DNA from: Octopus sinensis
Lineage: Eukaryota
Direction of reading: 5' to 3'
DNA length: 64,000 nucleotides
Assembly (NCBI RefSeq): GCF_006345805.1
Contig: NC_043020.1
Coordinates: forward strand, 7,688,001-7,752,000
Each line of letters begins with the position of its first letter. The stretch's first letter is position 1. Below the pieces are notes generated by a model. That model worked only from the letters and a program-made list of their open reading frames with translations. It had not been told where the DNA came from and did no database searches. The translations under genes were made by a program, and so were the position numbers. Of the stretch, positions 25,675 through 37,242 are shown in pieces.

Positions 25675-26056
25675 AACATCGCTATGACTTTCAAATGTAG
25701 CAATTTGAATGCTTGCAGAAATTGCTAACTATTTCCCCCCACCCCACCCCACCCCACTTCTAATTTTCTTTGCTACGGTCCTTTTCACTTCCTCGTTCTC
25801 TTGTGTTTCTCTATTGAGTATTATCATGGATTCATTGGAATTCATCTTGATTTTACTGAGAAAAAAGAATCTAGATTTCATGCGTTTGGAAATACTCTAA
25901 ACATTTGACATCCTGGTTGTAGCGTTGTTACATAAAACTGCACCCTGATGCAACCATTGAGCTTCTCCCCAAAATGGTCAGCAAAAATAAAGTAAATAAA
26001 CTGGGAATTTTGGTAAAAGCTTACAGTGCTGGGAATCCCGAAGACTTCGATCCTTT

Positions 26057-27375
26057 CTACTGGAAGCATAAGGCCTTAAATTTGGGGGAAGGGATTAAGT
26101 CGATTAGATCGACACCAGTGCGTAACTGGTACTTATTTAACTGACCTTGAAAGGATGAAAAGCAAAGTCAACAGTAATAATAATAATCTTTTCAGCTAAA
26201 GGCACAAGGCCTGAAATTTTGGGGTAATGGGGACTAGTCAATTACATCGACCCCAGTGTTTCACTGGTACTTAATTTATTGACCCCAAAAGGATGAAAGG
26301 CAAAGTCAACCTCAGTGGAATTTGAACTCAGGACTTAAAAGACAGACAAAATTCCACTAACCATTTTGTCCACCATGCTAATGATTCTGCCAGCTCACCG
26401 CTTTAATAATAGTTATAATAATCCTTTCTTCAATAGGCACTAAGTCTGCTGTTTGTGGGGAGAGGGATAGTTGATCACATTGACCCCAGTACTTGACTGG
26501 TACTTATTTTATCGACCCCAAAAGGATGAAAGACAAAGTCAACTTTGGCGAAATTTGAATTCCAGACTTAAAGATTGATGGAATTCGACTAACCATTTTG
26601 TTTGGTGTGCTTACAATACTGCCAGCTCACTGCCTTAATAATAATAATAATAACAATAATAATAATAATAATAATAATAATGATAATAATAATAATAATC
26701 CTTTCTACTATAGGCACAAGTCCTGAAATTTTGGTGGGGAGTGCTAGTTGATTACATTGGCCCCAGTGCTCAACTGGTACTTATTTTATCTGCCACGAAA
26801 GGATAAAAGTTAAAGTCGACCGTGTCAGAATTTGAACCCAGAATGTAAAGAGCTGGATGAAATGCTGCTAAGCTTTTTACCAGTGTGCTAGCAACTCTGC
26901 CAACAATAATATTAGTAATAACCCTTTATACTGTAGGCACAAAGCCTGAAATTTTTTTTTTTTTTTTTTGGTGGGGGGTGACTGCTTGATTATAACTAGT
27001 ACTTGATTGCAACTTGTACTTATTTTATCGACTTTGAAAGGATAAAAGGCAAAATTGACCTTGGTGGAATTTAAACTCTGAACATAAAGATGGATGAAAT
27101 CCCACAATGCATTTCATCTGGTGTGCTAATAATTCTGCCAGCAATAATAACAATAATAATCATAATTAAAGTGATTTCTAATTTAATCACAACGTCAATA
27201 ATTGTGAGGAGAGAGGTTGGCCGATATCATTGAGTTCAGTACAGGATTAGTACTTTATAATGATTCTGCTAGCTCAGCAACGTCGACTTTGATGGGATTT
27301 GAACTCAGGACAGAAAGAGCCAGAAAACGTGCCATTGAGCATTTCATCTGGCACACTGACAATTCTACCAGTTAA
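26057..27375 (-). mobile_element. Head-to-tail array of six family D SINEs separated by (AAT)n
   Basis: Units start near 26057 (truncated), 26188, 26423, 26700, 26922 and 27175; same orientation and mutually diverged. Confidence 0.85.
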
Positions 27376-28369
27376 ATAACAATGGTAAATATTAATAGTG
27401 TATATGTGTGTGTGTGTGTGAGTGGGTACGGCTCCTGAAGTATATGTGAAATATTAAAAAAATTTAAAAAACACCAAAAATCCCCAAAGAATAATAAATA
27501 TATTTGATATTTTACAAAAGTTTTCTGTTGAAATGCAAAGATTACTGTCTAGAAAGTGAAGAAAAGGAAACAAAATAGTTTTGTTTTTTGTATTTAATTT
27601 TGTTAGCTGTAAATGATTTGCAGGTGGATGTCTTGTGAAGAAGCACTAAAACTTGTGAATTCTAGATGTTTCTGATATTTTAGCAAGATCTTTTAAAAGG
27701 TTTGAAACAATTTATTCGTGTTCTTGTTTCTTTGTTTCTTTTTTTTTTTAATTTATGCTAATCGTTTTAGCTGATTATTGAGAAAGAAGATATAAAAACG
27801 AACAAAAAAGAGCTCAATACTAATGGTAATAATGATGTTGCTACTGATGGTGATGATGGCAGTAATAACAAAAAAAAAAAAAACTCCCTCCAAAATGAAA
27901 ATAAAGGAATCGGTAAATGAATCATAAATAAATTTAGAAGGTAAAAAAAAAAAAAAAAACAGATAGCAAAGAAAGAAAGCAAACAAGTTCCTCAAATTAA
28001 ACAAAAAGAAAAGCGAACCATTATTTTATCAATTGGCAAACATTGGTCTAATCTCAAATGTGTTGTATGAGAATTCTGTCTGCAGAGTTTTAGTGGTCGA
28101 ACAAAGTATACTGAAGAATGGTAAGGAAAAAAGCAAAAAAGAAGTAAAGAGCAAAACAAAAGCGTTCATAATTTATTCATAAGATCTTGATGAGGGCAAT
28201 ACTATTCTCAAGGAATTTAATGATGGAAAGCTATTAATTTTATATGATATCATTATTTCTAGTAAGCATTGTGTTTATTTACATATGGTGTGTGTTTGTT
28301 GTATGTTGGGGGAGTGTATATAAATGTATGTTTAGATTAGTTACTATGTGGATGAAAGAATGTGTGGTT

Positions 28370-28402
<33 letters not shown>

Positions 28403-28596
28403 TTTCTAATGTCTGTTTTACCTTATGGGTGTGGGTTGGATGTAGCTGAAGTGTACTGAGTCCTTTTTCTCAACCATGTGCCATCTTGTCTTGGAGTGAA
28501 TGTGCTTGTCTGCCAATGAGTGCATCTACATATATTTATGTATGTTTGTATACACACACAAACACACACACACACACATAATATGTACATAGAGAG

Positions 28597-28980
28597 CCAG
28601 GTGTGGGTGTGTGGTTAAGACGTTTCCCCACGAAGTTTCCCCATTCTGTGTCTTGGGTTCAGTTCTGCTGCATGGTTCCCTGGGCAAATGTCTTCTACTG
28701 TAACCCCAGGCTGACCAAAGCTTTGTGAGTGGATTTGGTTGATGGAAACCAAAAGAAGCCCATTGTGTGTGTGTGTATGTGTGTGTGTGTTTTTGTTTGT
28801 GTGTGTCTGTTCTTATCTTGATATGGCATGATGGTTGTAAAAGAGCATTATCATCACACAAGCGAGAGTGTTCATTTCCAGTCTTTTGTGAAAAACATGT
28901 CTGTCCATGGGGAAATATTGTCATGCTTGCAAACAGGTGAGGGTTGGTGACAAGAAGGGCATCCAACCATAGAAAATTTT
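28597..28980 (+). mobile_element. Family A head joined to an alternative tail containing AAGGGCATCC
   Basis: A head and core, then GGGGAAATATTG..TTGC.AACAGGTGAGGGTTGG.GACA.GAAGGGCATCC. The same hybrid occurs on the minus strand at about 30050-30390; tail only at about 9905-10140. Confidence 0.65.
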
Positions 28981-29067
28981 ACTTCATGTGAATCATGTAC
29001 ATGTGTGTGTGTATATATATATATTATATTATATTATATATATATTATATATATATATATATATATA

Positions 29068-29175
29068 GGGATGGCTGTGTGTAAGTAGCACCTTGGCAAG
29101 TGTCTTCTACTATAACCTTGGGTCGACTAAAGCCTTGTGAGTGGATCTGGGAGATGGAGACTGAAGAGAAGCCTG

Positions 29176-29222
<47 letters not shown>

Positions 29223-29414
29223 TGTGTTTGTCCCCCCACTATCACTTGACAACCGATGCTGGTGTGTTTATGTACCCGTAGCTTAATGGTTTGGTAAAAA
29301 GAAACCGCTAGAATGAGTACTAGGCTTACAAAGAATAAGTTCTCAGGTTGATTTGTTCGGCTAAAGGCAGTGCTCCAGCATGGCCGCAGTCAAATGACTG
29401 AAACAAATAAAAGA
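29068..29414 (+). mobile_element. SINE family A with internal head deletion
   Basis: ATGGCTGTGTGTAAGTAGCACCTTGGCAAG...; family A tail intact. Confidence 0.85.
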
Positions 29415-30391
29415 ATATATATATATATATATATATAATATATATATATATCTTTAGATATAAATGTAGGTATAGATATTTATGTATTGTGTGAATTTGT
29501 GTGTATGTGCTTCAACACCTGAAGTTCATATGCCTGTTGGTGTATGTCAAGTTTATTGGTTACAGCTAGAATGTTTGAGACTATATATATCATCGTCATC
29601 ATCATCATTTAACATCCCTGTTCCATGGTGGAATGATTTGTACAGTTTGATACTAATCAATGTGTTCAAGGACTGCATTGAGCTTCAATGTCTGCTTTGA
29701 CATGGTTTTTACAGTTGGACACCCTTCCTCACACCGACCACTTTATAGTATGCCCTGGGACGCTTTTTTTCATTCCACCTGTGCTATTGAGGTTACCAGG
29801 TGGTTTGCAGGACTGTGAGCGTTGGGGTAGGTGGGTGTCAGCTAGATGCCAGGGGATGAAGGGATTTATTATGAGAAGGGTGAGGGTAGAGGAATCTATA
29901 GAAATTTGTATCATTGATGGAGGGCATGTGTTGTTTGAATTCTAGGCTTGCAGGTGTGTTAGTGAGTGCATGTTCTGGTGGAGGCACTTTTAAAACCCTG
30001 TGTGTGTAAATGTATGTGCATAAACGTACATTATGACCTCAAGTGGTCATTGAGGCAGATTTTCTGTGACTGGATGCCCTTCCTGTTGCCAACCGTTGCC
30101 TGTTTCTCAGCAAGGTAATAATTCCTACGGGCCAACATGATTTTGCATAATATTGGAAACAAATGACATTCGTTTTACAATATTTACCACATGATGTCAG
30201 GACAAAGGGATACAAGTATACACTCACTCACACACATAGTCATTTGCCTCCCCCCCCCTGCCATGGTGGGATTCTTTCAATTTCCATCTACCAAATCTAC
30301 TCAAGGTTTTGGTTGACCCACGGCTATAGCACAAAACACTTGCCCGAAAGGTACCGCACAGTGGGATTGCTCCATAGCCATGTGGTTAGAA

Positions 30392-30690
30392 AGTAACCAC
30401 ACATGGCTCAGTGGTTAGGGTGTTGCACTCAGGATTGCGAGATCATGGGTTTGATTCCCAGACTGGGCATTCTGTTGTTCTTGAGCAAGGCTCTTTATTT
30501 GACGCTGCTCTGTAATCATTCATCATCTTACATGTGGCACACGGTGCACCTGTGCACGTAATGTCAATATGCTGGAGGGAGTGAGCTTACATGTGCACAA
30601 ACATTTGATCACTATAAACAAATCATCTGTGTGGTTGTTCGTTAAGCAATTGTCAAATCCCCATATGTCGCCTAATAGCATGAGAGTCCA
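30392..30690 (+). mobile_element. SINE with B2-like head and a third tail type (T3)
   Basis: TGGCTCAGTGGTTAGGG...GGGTTTGATTCCCAG...TTCTTGAGCAAG, followed by sequence unrelated to T1 or T2. Confidence 0.55.
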
Positions 30691-30691
30691 T

Positions 30692-30722
<31 letters not shown>

Positions 30723-31209
30723 ACAAACTCTCTCACTCACATATGTGACGAATTTTGTTTGTATAATTCATTGGGAAGCATGTGGGTTTTTTTTAAGAGT
30801 AGGATTCCATGTATGTGTATGTATTATGAAATCAGTATGTGATAATGTGCTTTGGAATGTGTGATAATGTAATTTGAAACAGTTTTGGTTCTATATAATT
30901 TATGATGGAATGATTTAATTAATTACAATACAAAAAGAACCATGCATTTTCTGCTCTTTATTAATTTTTTTTTCTATATCTTGTAACTTGTTTTGGATAT
31001 TTGCAACTTTATATATATTCTATGTCTGTCTGTCTGTCGATCTATACACACACACACACATATTTGTATATGCTGATATATGTAAATATATGTGAATAAA
31101 TGAATTTTATATGTATGTATGCATATATCTGTATGTTTGTGATTCTCTCCCTCTCTCTCTCTATCTATCTATCTACACACACACACTCACACACACACAC
31201 ACACACACT

Positions 31210-31240
<31 letters not shown>

Positions 31241-31620
31241 ATGTGTATATGCTTGTGTATGTAAATGTGTATGAATAAATGAATTATATAGCATGTAGAA
31301 TATATGTATGTGAGAATATAAATATGCGTTTATATGTTTGTATATGTAAATATATGTGAACAAATGAATCACACACACACACACACACACACACTGACAC
31401 ACTCATGAGGCCTTTTGTTGCGTGTGTGTGTGGGTGATGTCTGGCATCGCTTTTCTTTTTTTTCTCTCCCATTTATCTCTCTTATTGTGCCTCGCATTGA
31501 GTAGGTTTGTGCAATATTGTATTCCTGTATTATTCTTTAACAAGAGCTTTATTCAGACAGTCTCCTACGCACACATACAAGTTTAGAATCATGCACAGAC
31601 TCACACACACACTCACCCAC

Positions 31621-31651
<31 letters not shown>

Positions 31652-31675
31652 TTGTACATAATCTAAATGTAACAT

Positions 31676-31720
<45 letters not shown>

Positions 31721-31904
31721 CATATTCATTTACTTGTTTCAGTCGTTTGACTGCAGCCATGCTGGAGCACTGCCTTTAGTCAAACAAATCGACCCCAGGA
31801 CTTATTCTTTGTAAGCCTAGTACTTATTCTATCGGTCTCATTTGCCGAACCGCTAAGTTACGGGGATGTACACAAACCAGCATCGGTCGTCAAGTGACAA
31901 ACAC

Positions 31905-32098
31905 AGACACACAAGCATGCACACACACACACACACACACAAGCATGCACACACACACACACACACACACACACAAGCATGCACACACACACAAGCATGC
32001 ACACACACACACACACACAAGCATGCACACACACACACACAAGCATGCACACACACACACACACAAGCATGCACACACACACACAAGCATGCACACAT

Positions 32099-32129
<31 letters not shown>

Positions 32130-32150
32130 AACACACACATGCATGCATGC
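31905..32150. repeat. (CA)n-AGCATG minisatellite
   Basis: About 7 copies of ACACACAAGCATGC. Confidence 0.9.
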
Positions 32151-32379
32151 GCAAAGGATTTAACAAATATCTATGAATTTTCCCTTGGAATTTTATAATT
32201 ATCTGACAGTCATCATAAATTGCCTTATTTCTTTTGACAAATGTAATTAAAATCCAAATAAACATCTTCTCGTGTTTCTTTTTTTTATCCATTAACATAA
32301 TTTTCATTGTCATCTTTCTCCTTTTCCCCATTGCCATTATCACCTCCATTATCGTTGCTTTCAAAATTGTTATCATTAT

Positions 32380-32900
32380 CGTTAGCATTGCCATCATCAT
32401 CATCAACATCATCATCAGCATTATGATTGTGATCGAAATCACTAATGCTGTTATCATCATTTTCACTATGATCATTGTCATATCATTCATCTACATTATC
32501 ACCATCTTCATCTTCTCCCCTTCATCGTCATCATTATTGGCATTATCATTGGTGCTGTCATCAACATCATTGCCATTATTGTCAACATCATCATCATCAC
32601 TACTATCATCATCATCTTTGTCTTCATCATCACCATCACCGTTATCATCACCATTATCATCATTATCTTCATCGTCACCATCATTGTAACCACCACAAGC
32701 ATCTTCATCTTCTCCCCTTCATTGTCATCATTATTGGCATTATCATTGGTGCTGTTATCAACATCATTGTCATTATTGTCATCATCATCATCACTATTAT
32801 CATCATCATCTTCATCATCACCGTTATCATCATCATCACCATTATCATCATTATCTTCATCGTCACCATCATTGTAACCATCACAATCATCATCATCGCC
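32380..32900. repeat. Degenerate (ATC)n region with a ~197-bp tandem duplication
   Basis: ATCTTCATCTTCTCCCCTTCAT... occurs near 32504 and 32701. Confidence 0.85.
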
Positions 32901-33379
32901 ACCATGTCATTATCCCTTGCATCTCTATGACAGTACTCGTTGTCAACTATATATAGTTGTAATTGTTTAAAACCAGGTGTGCCATGGTGCCGGGTTCAAT
33001 CCCACCCTGCGGTACCTCGGGCCAGTGTTTTCTACTATAGCCTTGGGCTGAGCAAAGCTTTGTAAGTGGATTTGGTAGATGGAAACTGAAAGAAGCCTGT
33101 CATACACACACACACACTTATCTGACATCTGTGCGTGTCTTTGTGTATGTGTTTGTGCTCCACGACCATTTAACAACTGGTGTTGGTGTGTATATGTCCC
33201 TATAACTTAGCATTTCAGCCTAAGAGACCGATAGAATAAGGCCCAGGCTTTACAAAATGATATTAAGTAATGGGGTTGATTTGTTTGACTAAAATTCATC
33301 AAAGTGGTGCCCCAGTATGGCCGTGGTCTAATGATTGAAACCAAAAAATGAAAGAAAAAAGATACTCATGCACACACAG

Positions 33380-33412
<33 letters not shown>

Positions 33413-33875
33413 TGTATGTATGTTTGTATACATGTGTGTGTGTGTTTGTGTCTGTATAGTAGATATCATATATATTCAAATTTACTGGCCCAAACAGATG
33501 GTTTGCTGACAAGATAATCACGACATGATCACTTGCAACTCAGTGATTTTCAGAAAATTAAAAATGTAAACAAAAACACACACACACACTCACGTACATT
33601 TATTTTCATGTAAAAAACAACAGAAAAAAAAATGTTTTGTGTGTGTATATATATATGTGTGTGTGTGTGTGTTTTAGATCTCTGAGCAAGAGAAATACAG
33701 TAACAGTACTGAATAGTAATGTTTATATGCCTACATAGCGTGGCAGTCCTATATAGGACGATGTTGCTGTTGTTTTAGCACCAGGAAAACATCTTTACCA
33801 GCTGGCTATTGATACACAATTTGTGTCCATATATAACATTTGCAAGGGATGTTATATATATTTATAGATACATAT

Positions 33876-34290
33876 AGGTGCAGGAGTGGCTGTGTGGTAA
33901 GTAGCTTGTTTACCAACCACATGGTTCCGGGTTCAGTCCCACTGCGTGGCACCTTGGGCAAGTGTCTTCTGCTATAGCCTCGGGCCGACCAAAGCCTTGT
34001 GAGTGGATTTGGTTGACGGAAACTGAAAGAAGCCCGTCGTATATATGTATATATATATACATATATATATATATATGCGTGTGTGTGTTTGTGTGTCTGT
34101 GTTTGTCCCCCTAGCATTGCTTGACAACTGATGCTGGTGTGTTTATGTACCTGTTACTTAGCGGTTCGGCAAAAGAGACCGATAGAATAAGTACTGGGCT
34201 TACAGAAGAATAAGTCCCGGGGTCAAGTTGCTCGATTAAAGGCAGTGCTCCAGCATAGCCGCAGTCAAATGACTGAAACAAGTAAAAGAG
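33876..34290 (+). mobile_element. SINE family A, near-consensus copy
   Basis: GCAGGAGTGGCTGTGTGGTAAGTAGCTTG...GGTTCCGGGTTCAGTCCC head; complete tail. Confidence 0.92.
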
Positions 34291-34323
34291 TATATAGATA
34301 TGTTTTTATGTATGTATGTGTGT

Positions 34324-34368
<45 letters not shown>

Positions 34369-35005
34369 TGAGGTCTGATCAATAAGTATCCAGACTGGTG
34401 CTATAAAAACAAAACTACATATACCAATTTGGCATTTAATCTCCTTCAAAGCCACACACTTAATCCAGCGCTGTGTCCATTGATGGAAGCATCCCTGGAA
34501 CTTGTTTTCTAGGATAATCAGCAGCTGCATCATCGCATTCTTTTTGATTTCCTCGATGACCTGAAATCTTCTTCCATTCAAGTGGGATTTGATTTTTGGA
34601 AAGAGGAAAAAAATCACAAGAGGTGAGATCTGGGGAATATGGTGGCTGTAGGACTCAGGGAATGCTGTGCCTAGCCAAAAACCGATGCACAATCTGTGCT
34701 GTATGGCAGGTGTGTTGTCAGCTGAAAGCAGTTTTGGCACAAACTTGGCAATTTTGCATAGGCTTCTGTGTAAGTATAACCAAGATTTTGGCAGAATTTG
34801 ATGCTGGTTCATGGTCATTGCAACAATCACATGCTACACACGTTCCTTCCAAGCACCGCATAAAAATCAGAAGTGAGCTAGAATGTTAAAACTTAGTGCG
34901 CATTCACAGCAGAGTTCAAGGCCAATCTGTCCCAAGCGGCTTCACTCTGCATGCTTTAGCTTCGTTACTATGGCAACAATCCAAATACTTTTTGATCAGA
35001 CCACG
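34369..35005 (-). mobile_element. Internally deleted mariner transposon
   Basis: TIRs TGAGGTCTGATCAATAAGTATCC / GATCAGACCACG|TA. The minus frame encodes AKFVPKLLSAD and FFLFPKIKSHLNGRRF..IEEIK...FQGCFHQWTQRWIKCV (mariner C-terminus). Confidence 0.9.
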
Positions 35006-35025
35006 TATATATATATATATACATA

Positions 35026-35613
35026 CAGTGTGCAGTGAATAGATTGTCATCTGATTTACACAAAAATAAAAATAACACTGACATCTCATTTTAACCAATA
35101 TATTTACCAAAATTACATAAAGATATCTTGGAATACTAAAGAGTAAATTTATTCAATAAAATCACTGTTGGTTTCAACCATGGCCTCTAGATGACTTTGG
35201 AATCTCTTGCAAATTGTCTAGATGGTGTCCTTGTTTAAGTTGGTGAATGCTACCATAATCCTTGCATTTAGATCATCTTTGGTGTTACAAGGAATTTTGT
35301 TGGTTTTTTTTTGCTCAACTGCACCCCACTCATAATAATCAAGGGGATTGCAGTCTGGGGAGTTAGGTGACCAGATGTTAGGGGTGATGTGGTCGCAGAA
35401 ATTATCTGACAGCCATGACTAGGTTCTCCTGCTTGTGTGGCAAGGTGCAGAGTCCTATTGCCAGACATAGGGTCTTCCAGCAGCCACCTTCTTGACCCAG
35501 GGCAGCACTACCTCCTCCAGGCACTTGATATAGGCCTCTGTGTTGAGACTGAGGCTGTGTGGGAAGATGAATGGAGGCATAACGTTGCCATCACTAGCGA
35601 TCACTCTAAACAT
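35026..35613 (-). mobile_element. Tc1/mariner DD37D (maT-type) transposase 3' fragment, pseudogenised
   Basis: VMPPFIFPHSLSLNTEAYIKCLEEVVLPWVKKVAAGRPYVWQ*DSAPCHTSRRT*SWLSDNFCDHITPNIWSPNSPDCNPLDYY; 37 residues between the last two catalytic Asp; two TAG stops; TA|CAG terminus. Confidence 0.9.
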
Positions 35614-35648
35614 GTTAGATATTTTTTTTTCACTCTTGGCACATGTTT

Positions 35649-35679
<31 letters not shown>

Positions 35680-35753
35680 GGGAATATTATTCCAAACTTA
35701 CAGGGAAAAATTGAATTTAGTAATACTAAATCAAATTTCACAATATATAATAT

Positions 35754-35981
35754 ATGTATATAAATTAGAGAAGAACCAACTTTTTATCAATTCAACAATG
35801 AAATAACAATGATATAATTAAATTATACCATATAGAAAAGAATTAGATATACAATAAAAACATATACCTTATGTTTTTATTGTATATCTAATTTTTTTTC
35901 TATATGGTATAATCTAATTATATCATTGTTATTTCATTGTTGAATTGATAAAAAGTTGGTTCTTCTCTAATTTATATACAT
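35754..35981. repeat. Near-perfect AT-rich palindrome (111/112-bp arms, 5-nt loop)
   Basis: Arm 35754-35864 versus reverse complement of 35870-35981: two substitutions and one 1-nt indel. Confidence 0.95.
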
Positions 35982-36376
35982 TGTCCATGTTTTTTGTATC
36001 GTCTTCTAAATGTTTTGCGTTCTTGTCCCAGTTTGTATATGTAAGTACACATTTCTCTAAACTTGGTACGACTCTATAACACTGTCTCTCTTCCCCCTCT
36101 CCTACATTTCTTTGCCTTTCTTACTTTGCACTTCACTTTGTCCCTGTCTCTTTTTTTCGCTCTCTCTCTCTCTTCTCCCCCTCCTTAATTCCTCTGTCCC
36201 TCTTTTCCTCTCCCTTCTCTTCACACATGACTGACTGACTGACTACTGGCCTTTTGGGTCTGGCATTGGTCCTGATAACATCAACATTTTTTTTCTCTGC
36301 CCCAAGGCACATTCCTAACACGCCAACTGAGTTTAATTCATCTAAGTCGAAAGACGCCTGTTGTGAGGTCCTGTTA

Positions 36377-36418
<42 letters not shown>

Positions 36419-36786
36419 TTGTTTTACGTATTATTTTTGTATTCATATTTGTGTAACATCGTTTTTCCGTCCTTGTTTCGTATACATTTGAAGCTTTTTT
36501 CCAAGGAATCTAATGCGCTTAGCTTAGTTTTTCCTTGGGGATGACCAGATTGGAGCAATCTCAAGATTAATCAGCCAAAATTGCGAGGATGATCCGGTTC
36601 TTGACTGAAGATTGAAGGCTTTGAATGACCCGTCCGTGTTTTTTTGTATCGTCTTCTAAATGTTTTGCGTTCTTGTCCCAGTTTGTATTTATATATATAC
36701 CTAATGTAGGATAAAATTTTTTTCGGGAAAAAAATTTTATCAATGGCCAGCATATCATAAAATACCTTTAAAGGTTAACTTTATAA

Positions 36787-36902
36787 ATAATCTACAAAAT
36801 GAGGGCAGAAGAAAAATTCTAATGCCAAATATGACAATTTTTGTCTTTTTTTCGGTATATTTGGCATTAGAATTTTTCTTCTGCCCTCATTTTGTAAATT
36901 AT
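36787..36902. repeat. Hairpin / MITE-like inverted repeat with a perfect 40-bp stem
   Basis: 36793-36832 is the exact reverse complement of 36857-36896; 24-nt loop. Confidence 0.93.
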
Positions 36903-37115
36903 ATATATATATATATATATATATACATACAATACACAAACACACACATATAAATATACAATACATACACATATATACACATATACAACAGGATATCAAG
37001 TGATGCAGTACAACCGTTTCAAGTGGCTCTATTTAATTGAACAATGCAATCATTCCATCAATTTAAATGCAGGGCTATCATCAGCTGCACAAACAAATAG
37101 AATTTTAATCAGTAG

Positions 37116-37242
37116 GACACATTAATATGATTTTACTCAAATACTTTAACTGAGTAATATTAGTATATTCTTTGCAACAACATGGATTTCTTCCATCTTC
37201 TTGCTCTGTTAAAGTATTTGAGTAAAATTATATTAATGTGTC
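37116..37242. mobile_element. MITE-like fold-back element with 35-bp TIRs
   Basis: GACACATTAATATGATTTTACTCAAATACTTTAAC matches the reverse complement of 37208-37242 at 34 of 35 positions. Confidence 0.75.

Noticed and set aside
32380-32900. Asp-rich (aspein-like) biomineral protein on the minus strand
   Set aside because: The ~197-bp unit is not a multiple of three, so the D-rich frame shifts at each unit; it is a degenerate (GAT)n repeat.
36605-36630. Hammerhead ribozyme core CTGAAGA
   Set aside because: No correctly placed GAAA after a stem II. CTGATGA hits near 1816, 4876, 40772 and 58961 also fail.
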